A DNA stretch of 61,620 bases, counting the filler, from Hausera hauseri (lineage: Eukaryota): NCBI GenBank assembly GCA_046269625.1. It is 11 parts of 11 records of this genome, joined end to end, with 100 filler letters (N's around TTAATTAATTAA, not from the genome) between each part and the next. Parts side by side here need not be neighbours in the genome. Positions count along the whole stretch, not along the records: positions 37,389 to 41,467 come from JBJURY010775425.1; positions 41,568 to 46,558 come from JBJURY010368704.1; positions 46,659 to 56,545 come from JBJURY010269952.1; 8 more parts are not named here. One strand, 5' to 3'. Of the stretch, positions 38,771 to 49,269 are shown piece after piece. Numbering within the stretch: position 1 is the first letter of the stretch; the number at the start of each line of letters is the position of its first letter. The notes under the pieces were generated by a model. That model worked only from the letters and a program-made list of their open reading frames with translations, was not told the origin of the DNA and searched no databases. A program made the position numbers and the translations under genes.

Positions 38771-41632
38771 TCATAAAAACCTATGGGGTGTCTGTCTCAG
38801 TTGTGCACTAATGCGCACTGTCGATTGGCACATGTGCAAAATAGATTTATCGACTAACTTTCCGTTGGCTGTTTATTGAAATAACTTCGAATTAAATCTA
38901 AACATTAATGCCTGTTTCAATTCATCCTCACATCCATAAAATTATGAATAGTTAAAATGCCAAATTCCCCAGCACCACATTACATAAATTTTTATTAATC
39001 TAAATTATTTACTTATACATATAATCAAAGTATTGATTGTGAAAATGAAAAATTCAAACATGAAATAATTCTCAGAATTCAATTTGACAATAAAAAACGA
39101 ACCTAAAATAAACCCATGGGTAAACATCATTTCACCAACAAACAACGACATCGAATATGAACACAAATTAATGCTAGTCGAATGTAAATGAAACAAAAAA
39201 ATCTACTGAGCTGGAAAACATCTGCTCATGAGTACATTTGCAGTCGTACTGTTCTTTTGTTTTTAGAGAAAAAAAATTAAAATAAAAAAATATAATAAAC
39301 AGTGCCGTACCTGTCAATTCCCAGCCGAGCATTACGGACGACCGAGAGTCGAGAGTGAGAAGGAAAAGCAATGTCTCTACAATACGATTTTTGTAAAGCA
39401 TTAGGAAATGTTTTTTCACTTTATTATTTGTACTACAGCAATGACTAATCACTACATCGATTCAGATTAATGCTAACTTGTAATGAGTTATAGAAATGAG
39501 TTTGTAATTTCACGATGATGGCTTCTTTGATGACATAGCGCGTTTGGAATAATTGACTTCAATAATTGTGATACTGTTTGTTGTACAAAATATTAATGGA
39601 ATTATGAATAGGCAGTCGATAATTATTACTGTTTTAAATATTTAGTAATTTACTACTGATAAATTTTTCAGTAGTGATTTCAATTATTAATTATGGTTCT
39701 TTATACAATGTATGAAATTGGTTTAAAAATAACGTATCCAAGGAGTTCTTTTAAGTTTTGCTCCATATTCGGATAATAAAAATGTAGTTTGCAGTAGTGA
39801 TGATAAAAAGACTGATGTTAGAATCATATTCAAAATTTACAATCACCTGATAATTTAATCACATTTACTGAACTGGTCAATCACTGAGTACTGACCAGTC
39901 CAGAGTCACCGTTGTCGTTGCGTCTGAACAAATTTCTTTCCTTGGTGTCGGCATTTTTAATCAATTAGATATTTAATTAACATTTGCTGTATTAATTTGG
40001 CATTTGAATGAAAAAGAACTTGACGATCGAACGATTTCGAATGCACCTGACAATCCGGGGGCTAGTCGTACGGGAAATGTCAATTGTAAAAGTAGTAAAT
40101 TGTTGACAACAGTAAAATGGGATGTAATTTTCTTAATTGTGGTCATGTCCATGTCGGGTAAACCAATTACCGGGCCGTATTAGACGACAGGACAGAGAAA
40201 AATTTTGATTGAAAATTCTGTTCGTTTGTTGAGGTTGCTACTTCAGTTTTTATGATAATATTATATACAAAATGCATAACTACAAAGTGGTGTTCCCGGG
40301 GTTTGGATTTAAAATGAAATACGAAACTTGTGGTCCATTGATTGTCTGAAAATTGGGCCATAGTCCACTTCATATTCCCACATTTTATTATTGATTAATA
40401 ATTTGGGCACCCGCATTACAGTGTATCGAAAAATTAAAAAGCAAAATCTGTCTTGAAATATATTCAACTGTTGTTTTGGTTGAATTGTACTTTGGATTTC
40501 GCTGTGAGAACAAATTACAATATGGAGAATTTGCGAATATCAGGAACGTCATCCATGAGTCACTTCTGGTGTTCTATCAATTGTCCAGTAAGTAGGTTAC
40601 AATTTTGCAGGCAGTTCATTTACTGGACTTATGAGTAATAACCTCGGGTATTAAGTTGCAATTATCCATACTGGAGGAATAAGATACGAAAAAATTCATG
40701 GCAAGGTTGGTATTTTGAGGAGGGGCACACCGAAGGTCTCCTGGTAACCAGACTTCTGAAACCTGATGATTTACCATATTTCCGCTATACACCTATTTGT
40801 TCTGTTGCAACTGAAACCAATGGCGAATGGGCAAACTTGGGTTCTTTTTGAATCTCTAATCTGTGATACCTTTTTTTCTACTTTCTTTATGGTTATGTTC
40901 AATACATTCCCTCTTACTAGTCCAGATGCCATCTCCAGTTTATCATATATTTTTGATTGATCAAATCTATCTTCAAATTGTCAGTATTCGTTTCGTACGA
41001 TCCAGTATCGACAAACTTCGACAATTTCATTTCGTTAAACTGTTGCAAACTCGGATCCGGACACAATTCGTTGCTGTTTTGAAGAATATCCTCGACAATT
41101 AGCTGATCGATAAAGTGATAAATCTGCGGTCGTAACGGATAATCTCGGAGTACTTTTCACAATCCGTTTTAGCGACACTTCGATACAGAACTCGAAATAA
41201 ATCTTCCGAATTTAGGTAATAGCTCGGGTAATGGCTTGGTTCTTTTCGTTTAGTTCTTCTTTTACCATTGTGCAATCGTTCAGAAATGTGTTGATGTGTT
41301 CGTGAGTTTCAACGTATCAATTGTCACGCAGAAATCCATTGTAAATCCCCAATAAACCGTTAACATTCACCGTTAAATTCACGACGTAGATAAAGTCTAT
41401 ATTCATACTCCGATGGTTTTATCTCTCCTATACAAAAATGCGGATGAATCATAACGCTTATAAACAGNNNNNNNNNNNNNNNNNNNNNNNNNNNNNNNNN
41501 NNNNNNNNNNNTTAATTAATTAANNNNNNNNNNNNNNNNNNNNNNNNNNNNNNNNNNNNNNNNNNNNTGTTTTGTTTCAAAACGATGATCTGTCTTAGGC
41601 TTAACCTTTATTTTTATTTCAGCAGAGTAAGT

Positions 41633-44059
41633 ATGACCGAGAAGACGAAGATTTCCTCAACCAGCTTCGACATCGACAGTTTCCTACAGAAGCACGTTAC
41701 GGTCCTGAAACCCTTATCAAAGAGTCTATATCGACAAATTGGAGAACATCTGAAGAATACTAACTACCGGGAATTTACCCGAGAAAGTGAAATACCAAAT
41801 GGGTTAAAATGGGGGCTAGAAGAGAATAGATGGGTTCGGCTATATGCCATGCGAGGTCCTAAGGACGTACGAGTGTACCACTTAAGGGACCTAATTCCCT
41901 ACGAACCAACGCATCAGCAAATGTATATACATGTCGCTGATGGAGAAATTCAATATAGGATCGTAGGACAATCCTGGAGTACACAAAAAGGGAAACAAAG
42001 GAAATTTAGTACCTATGAACTATGTTGCTATAGCCTTATGAATTACACTCTAGAGTTCAGGATCGCAGAACTTCCGACCAAAATCATGATTGAGATGATT
42101 TGGCGAACAGAAGTAATGAAGCCACTACCATCGCTACTATATATACAAAAGCCATCAGAAGACGAGATAGAGCAAAATGGAGAATCTTACAGATTAGATC
42201 CAGACGGTAGGAACACCCGGATATTAGCCGTAAACTATGGAGAGAAGGATGACGGATGGTATATTCCGATTGAGTCTTTATCAGAAATACAAATGGAGAA
42301 GAACTTATAAACAAAATAATCGTGCCTCGAGCTGGGGTAAAAGATACTTTTCCCGACGTTACAGGGATTACGAAACCACAGCTTGAAAAAGGGAAGTATT
42401 TCTTGGAGATCCGAGAAGATATAAGCCATTGCTTCTATGGATATATTGTTACCGGATTTCGAGTGCACAAAGCGTTGGAGCGACTAGGAATTAGGCAAGA
42501 ATACATAGCCGGAATTCGAGAATTAAGACGAAACTTATCAGTCGTGAGCCAAGTAGAAAATACGTTGATGCGGAAAAGAGGTTGCCTGCTTCCGTCAGAA
42601 TCGCGCGAATCGCAATTTAAGATGATGGTAAAAGCCATGAATGGCGAACAATCCAAATTTCCTAAGTTGATGACAGCAAGTCAACGGACCAAATTTATAA
42701 AAGATATCTATGGCTCGTTACGATGGGATCACGAGGGGAAACCCAAAAATCACATGCAGAATGCGATATTCGACAACAACCCTAAAATTCTGATACAAAA
42801 ATTCCGAAAAGGGTTTAGTGAATACCCGAGTTATCTGCAGATCGAACCCCAAGAACATAACCGATTTCGAGTGACAGTTCAAAATAATCCAGTAGAAGTC
42901 CCTAACAGCCAACAGAAACCGACGACCAGTCAATCGTAAAAAGAAACAATAGCGATATCAAGTAACCCCGACAACTCAAGAAGGCAAAAGACAAAAACTT
43001 CCTTCCTGGAATATATCAGTAAAAAGAGAAGCAAACCCAGTAAAAATCAAACTGACGAAAATAAACCCGCAGCCGACAGCCCAATTCAGAAGGACCCGAT
43101 AAATGATCCAAAAGAAATACCAAACCAACAAAGAGCAAAGGAAAACAACGAAAATCAGTTAAAAACTACCACCACCGGATCGTTCAAGACAGAGGTTAAC
43201 GTTTTTCGGAAAAACCGGGAGGAAGATACCCCAATTATAGTTACATAATTTGGCCAAGTGAAAGAATACAAGAGAATCCTCGCCATGACCGAATACTGTA
43301 GCAAAGGAAAAATTAAATAGGCTATACTTTATGTGTCCACCGTCCCTAGAAGGGTAGGCTGTGGAAATGGATATGCCAGAGAAGATACCAACATTGGCAA
43401 ATACCTAGCTCCAATATTTCAATCGAAGAGTGGCACCAACAGATTAAAAATTCTCGTGGATACCCAAGTTAGAATCCAACTTAAACGGCAATACAAGAAA
43501 ACGGGAATACCTGATTTGGATAAACAAGAAATAGTCGAATGGACATTGGTCACGGTATCCGACGATCCGAAGAAAAGTTCAATAGACCTCAATCAAAAGA
43601 GATTATACGGATACTTGTACCAAGACAAAAGGACTGGTATTCGAGGGAATAAAAGTTGATGAAAACCTTGTGGACATCGATGGAGCTGAGAAAGAAGAAT
43701 GTCCCGTCTGCGATGCGGATCTCTATGAAGGATTCGTAGTATTGGACAACAAAGACTGCAAGCACAAATATTGCCGGTACTGTTTGGAGACGTGTACCAT
43801 GAAAAATGGGAAAACAACCTGTCCAGTATGTAGAGCCGAGGCTACAAGACTGACATACTACGCAAATGGAAGAAATAAAAAGATAGTGGAGATTATACCC
43901 AAAAGACCCACTACATCCTACCACTTTGACTTACAGTTGCCATCAGACATATCGGATTCAGAAGCGTACTTACGCGGACGAATGAACCGATTACGCGATA
44001 CCTCTACTGATGCAATTGGCACATCCGAGAGTGCCGCTCAGGAAGGAGAAATGTCGTAA
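41633..44059 (+). pseudogene. Gypsy 3' accessory ORF (~800 aa originally): N-domain, inactive DEDDh exonuclease fold, linker, conserved domain, intact C3HC4 RING
   Basis: Fragments 41585-42310, 42322-42939, 43333-43659 and 43670-44059 are collinear with contig 3. IIVPRAGVKDTFPDVTGITKPQLEKGKYFLEIREDISHCFYGYIVTGF. RING CPVC-x15-CKHKYCRYC-x12-CPVC at 43700-43831. Confidence 0.8.
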
Positions 44060-44819
44060 AATGGCAGTAAAACGTGAATTGTACATATGTAAATCAAACC
44101 AAAAGTGAAACCGAAAACAACTGAAAATAAAAAATTATTATTAATCAGAATTAACCAGTGAATCTGTAAATATGAAAATAGTTTATTGGAACGAAGAATT
44201 GTTGGATATTCTTTAACTAACGGAAAAACGGAATGAAATTGTAAAATATTCTTTGTAAATAATAATTGGAATATTATATGTGAATAATTGCTTATGACTG
44301 CCAACTACATAAGGCAGTACAAAATCAGTTACCTGAACATTAGTGAAGTTGAGTTGAATTGTTTTGAGCTATTGGAAAAGTTCTGATATCCAGATATTCT
44401 TGAAGATTGAAATTTGTTCGAGCTATTGAAGTGCTCTACGATATTCGAGTATTCCTCGAAGGATTCCGCAGTTGAATTATTGAAATCTTGAAGCCGGTAT
44501 TACTCATTAATCCGACGAATGTATCGTCTGGTATATTTTCTTTATTGTCAATAAACTTGTATTATAAAATTCTCTTATAGTTTCCGTCGCTCCTTACGAG
44601 GGACTTGTACTACACTAAGAATTAAAATCATATTAAACTTCATAGTTAAGTTGAGAATTTGTAAACTACACAAGGCACCTCACGCAGTACACGCATCTTA
44701 AAATAGTGCAAACATTCTAATGAGAACGTTAGAACCTATCTGCTTATTATTATTATCAAATCGGATTTCATTATTGTTATAGTTGGGTTTTGGATAGGGC
44801 CCACCTTCAACTACTAACA
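44052..44819 (+). mobile_element. 3' LTR of the contig 9 Gypsy element (PPT AGGAAGGAGAAA 44040-44051)
   Basis: Starts TG right after the PPT. Ends TAGGGCCCACC...TAACA like the contig 3 LTR. AATAAA at ~44550. Abuts pPolB coding sequence. Confidence 0.72.
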
Positions 44820-46558
44820 CAATCTTCTTGGATAAGGTCGCCCTTTGAACACCTTTAGCCAGCCACAAATCTCGAGATGGTTGCCTCATTCACCTCGTCT
44901 TTGAATTTCCCAAGGACCTTTTTGTTGGCGATTTAATAGTTCGGATGCTCCTTCGGATAGTCAAACGTATCCATATGCTGTGTCAACTTAGCAAAGTCTG
45001 CATAAATGTCTTCCATATGGATCTGATAGATGAAACTATCAGTATCCATGTACACGAGCTGTATGGACTTCAATGTGGGGATCATGATGTCGTAGTGGAA
45101 TTTGTACATCAAGGTCTTTGACAGGTCCGATATTGCCATACCCACATATATGGGCTAGTTGAATTGCAAGGATGTTTTCAGCATATAGACGCTGACCAAG
45201 TTCGCCGCATATATGATGCTGATGTGGAAGTAGAACTTGGGAATGAGCTTCTTTGCCCGCTTCCAATCAGATACCAGTTCGATGTTGATCCTGTTGCGGA
45301 TATTCTCCATGGTCTTGCCCAAAACGCTGTTGTTGTAATGCTTAAATTGGTCTTTTTCAAAGTCGTTCTTGGCATTGGTTCGCAGCTTGGTATTGAGGCC
45401 TATATATGGCTGCAGCCAGTTGGACTGGCTGAACTGTATGGCCCGATGGATCTTCGTAATGCGGAATCCATTGCTGACCGCCTGCTGGAGATTTATGTAG
45501 TGGACTACATACATCTCCCTACTATCCAAATGGCAGAGCAGCTTTGTATGTTTTCCATAGGACGGAGGCTTGCTTTCAGGAAGGAAAGGCAGCTGCTCAT
45601 GCCTTGTGTGGATAGAAGTCGTATATTCTATATTCACCTCCAGTACATATCCCTTATCTCCACTGGGATCTAGGTCCAGTATAGAGATGTTTTCAGGATA
45701 CTCGACCCATTTGAAGTTATCGTACGGCAATGCGGCGCTCATTGACCGTCCATACAAGTTGTTGGCATCCAGGCATGACATATATGAGGATTCCTTGGAT
45801 GGACCATACTGGGCCATATATTTTTTGTTGGTCTCGCTATACTGGTGAATGGCCTGGAATATTCCGCCTCTAATGCTCTCTCGGTCATGAGGATCTTGTC
45901 GTTATCCTTTATGATCTGCAGCCTGACACCTGTACATTTCAGCATAGCTGCCAAACTTATTCCTGGAGCCGTAAAGAAATGAGCTTGATCCAATGCATGC
46001 CCCATTATCGTAGCATCCATGAAACTCTCAAAGGCATCCGTCAGCAGCAGCACATCCGTCTTGAGGTATATGTAGCTGTATTCTTCTAATGTTCGGCATT
46101 GGAATGCATTCCAGACATTTTCAGCATGCTGGTAGTCCATATCACCGATATCGTAATCAAAGAGGATATTGTAAAAGTCCTTCTTGGCCGGCAATGAGGT
46201 CTTATCCAGTGTTTCCCATAAAGTTATATAGTCATAAGAAAACACGCCTTTCCTTTTAATCAGGTCAAAGGTAGTGGGGAAGAACCGCTTTGTCTCCTTG
46301 AGTTATTCTGCAGGGAGGTTCTTTACTAAACTGTCCAGTGACGATGACATAAAACAAAAATTGTCTATGAAGCAAAGTCTGATTTTTCCAACATGCTTGG
46401 CAAAGGTGATATATTTTTCCACACTGTTTGGGATCACATCTATATTGCCACAATGTTGCCTAATTTTCGGACTATGAAATGGGAATCATAGCCACTGAGA
46501 TTATGGAACTCTACAGGCACATATGTATATGTTTTGCAGCAGTTGTAGCATTGTGCCC
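44820..46558 (-). pseudogene. polB: Second Polinton-type pPolB (different lineage), truncated at its C-terminus by the LTR insertion
   Basis: ExoII VPVEFHNLSGYDSHFIV; KGVFSYDY; ExoII/III region YLKTDVLLLTDAFESF; motif A LDANNLYG; motif B KHYNNSVLGKTMEN; motif C YMDTDSFIY; then GKFKDE and AKGVQRATLSKKI up to the LTR junction. Confidence 0.92.
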
Positions 46559-46658
46559 NNNNNNNNNNNNNNNNNNNNNNNNNNNNNNNNNNNNNNNNNN
46601 NNTTAATTAATTAANNNNNNNNNNNNNNNNNNNNNNNNNNNNNNNNNNNNNNNNNNNN

Positions 46659-47857
46659 ATAGAATTTCTTGACTTATGTACAATTGAGTCGCCTGGTGGC
46701 GCATGTTTTTACCATGTGGACAAACCTACAGTGCAACAAACCTTCGCCTTACTTGATCAAGATTCAATGAAAATAATCGACAGATGGGAAACACCCCTTT
46801 TGCGAACCCCTTCGTTTCGAATTTTTAGAGAACCATTTTTGGCTTATCAATATTTATGGATTGAAGGACAGTCTGGAGTTTTAGTGCAAATTAAAGAAAT
46901 TAGATTAAATTTTACTAGACGGACTATTGCTCCAAAATTATCCCTCGATTTACCACGTTTTCCAATATATTATAATAAACCGACATGGGTCAGAATTACC
47001 ATTCCAATATCCGAGACAAGCATATATTTCATACACGATTGGTTGATTCCCCCTGTTCAACCTTTATTTACATCAGGATCATTTTTGTGAAAAGCAATCC
47101 CCTATTCTTCTATTGATGTTTTGCGAACACGGTGGAACCCTGCAGTACTAGAAGCTACATATTTAAGGAAACATTGGTTGGTGTCCGTGGGACCTTCTCC
47201 ATCTCGGCTTGTAATAATAAAGAAAGAAGATATCCATTTTCGACCCTCTGTATGCCGGATCCCGTTTGCAATGTTGATAAACCCATCACGTCGACTCATA
47301 ATTAATACTACACTAAATTTAAAACATTTATTCTCATCTAATTCATCTCCATATATAAAACCAAGAGTCGCTATGTTAGACTCACGAATAGTTCCTTCGA
47401 AAATGGACCTCCTAACTACAACAGTTAACTTTATATCAAACCAATCCTTATCTGAATTGGCGGCGCATGAACACAATACAACACACTTTGAAATTTCCAA
47501 ACCGTTGGAAAAACCCATATTATTTGAAACAAATTTTTCAGATTGGAAGCAAAAATTTGCCTTTTATTTTTTTCACGTATACCGGCCTCAACAACTGGTG
47601 CATTAGTGAAACCTAAACAAAACTCATTACCTTTCTTCTATATATGGGTAGTTGTAATTATCATATCGGGCATATTAATTATAGTATGCTTTTTCCTCGC
47701 CGTGTATTTTAAAAAATCTAACGAAACGTTTTATGCGCAATATATTAATGAATATGAAAACATACCACCGTATGATATTAATCTTAATCTAAACTATTTC
47801 GCGCCCGACGAGATTGCCGGCAGACGGAATGATGATGTTTACAGCAGTATTTTATAA
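46659..47857 (+). pseudogene. env: C-terminal part of env-like type I membrane glycoprotein of a Gypsy element
   Basis: Multiple N-x-S/T sequons, TM IWVVVIIISGILIIVCFFLAVYF followed by KK, and a Tyr-rich tail. Lies upstream of the accessory ORF remnant and LTR. One stop and one frameshift. Confidence 0.6.
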
Positions 47858-48144
47858 CAATTAAGATTTGCCACGACCTATTATTTTCAGGTGCGGGCAT
47901 ATATTTCTAATACCCACCTTTATTTTTTAGTGGCATCTACAAATCCCAATAGATGCTTATAGTCATCAAATGGCCACCGTACCGCTGAACAACTTCCACC
48001 ATCAAGCGTCAGAAGCGAAGCAACCCAATCAGATGCCAAATACTGATGATTTATATACATGGACAGACTCAATTACGTTAGACTCTCCGTGATCATTGAT
48101 TCCGTTTGACGTTAGTGGGAAACGTCGGCTTAGACCCCCCCTTA

Positions 48145-49088
48145 TGTTGACGATTGTGGTGTAATTTCTACACCTGTTTAATTATGTTTTACATTAATTA
48201 TCTTAGCAGCATAATAGCTGCAATGGTTAATCTTTATTCATATTGTTTAGCAGCATAATAGCTGCACTAATTAATTTTTTTGTTGTTGTCTTTTGTGTTA
48301 GATGTATATATATATATACATACCCCTGTGTACAAAAAAATAAAAATAATGATGTTGTATAGTTGCCTTGCTTTTGGTTATTTCGTAAAATTTTCCGCGA
48401 TATTACTGCAATAAAGTATCTGCGTATTCTACGATAGAAGAGAAGGAAGAGTTATTTACTAGGCCTCGATATCAAACTATCAGTGGGTATATTTGTTAAC
48501 TTCTTTTATTTAATCTTAATTGTTACATTTTTTTGGTGCTGTTTAAAATTATCAATTGGCCCTAAACTTGGTTGTTTGTTAAATTCGTTTGTTTGTATCG
48601 AATAACGCGTGGACTATTCGGCGAATTGCCACGGTTATTCGATCGTCTGTGAAACAATTTTTGTTGGATAGATTGATAAAATCGTTTGTCTGACTTTGAT
48701 AATTGGGCCTAATTAAGTATTTTTGTTCCGTCGGTCGGCATAAAAGACTTGTGTGCGGGGCGTTTCCTTTGACAACAAAACAAGGGAATAAACTAAGTAT
48801 TGGAAAACAGATAATTATCCTCCTTTTTGGTTACGAAAATCTGGTCATCGGAGTGCTCCGCTTTTACAAGATCCGTTAAAACGTAGTTGTAGAGTTTTCG
48901 TTTTACCAGTTAATTGTCCTTAAGCTAACCTTATTCGGTGAGACTTGTGACTAACAGAGATTAATTAGAAATTACAAGCTTGTCTTCCTTTCTTTTAATA
49001 AGGATAAAAAGAGGAGGCTGAAATAATAATACTAAATTGATTTTATACCCGAATAAGAGAAAGTTTAATAAATAAGTTAATACCAACA
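48145..49088 (+). mobile_element. LTR shared by two tandem elements
   Basis: TGTTG...CAACA ends. TATA-rich stretch at ~48305-48320 and AATAAA at ~48410. Followed by a PBS. Homologous to 54496-55538. Confidence 0.88.
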
Positions 49089-49096
49089 TAAAAATT

Positions 49097-49114
49097 TGGC
49101 GACCACACCAGGAC
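49097..49114 (+). promoter_or_regulatory. Primer binding site, probably tRNA-Arg(TCG)
   Basis: TGGCGACCACACCAGGAC lies 8 nt after the LTR end. Its complement ends GTCCTGGTGTGGTCGCCA, like a tRNA-Arg(TCG) 3' end. Confidence 0.7.
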
Positions 49115-49269
49115 CCGATTTTCGAATTTAAAATTTTCTTGGTCTGGCTAATAAGTTGAAGAGGTCATTCGACGAAAAGGTAGTCGTAAGTGAAAATATT
49201 ATAAGAAAGGTTACTGAACATAGTGCTATCACCCCTACAGAAGAGTTTAAACATTCGCAAGTACAGAGA

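Noticed and set aside
38900-41467. Short ORFs on contig 8 as host genes
   Set aside because: No recognisable domain or convincing exon structure. Spliced host exons cannot be excluded by eye.
42200-42720. Calling the accessory domain an active 3'-5' exonuclease
   Set aside because: The ExoI, II and III acidic residues and the general-base His cannot be found in any of the copies.
45164-45673. 169-aa plus-strand ORF (and similar antisense ORFs at 12918, 26411, 47102, 20505)
   Set aside because: These are shadows of coding sequence on the opposite strand, with no motifs.
2779-46558. Interpreting the window as a single giant or DNA virus genome because of two PolB genes
   Set aside because: Both are frameshifted protein-primed Polinton-type genes on separate contigs amid host repeats. 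No capsid or packaging ATPase was seen.
47755-47775. IPPY as a PPxY late domain, and VYSSI as an ITIM
   Set aside because: Neither fits its consensus (PPxY spacing is wrong; the Y-2 residue is D or N).
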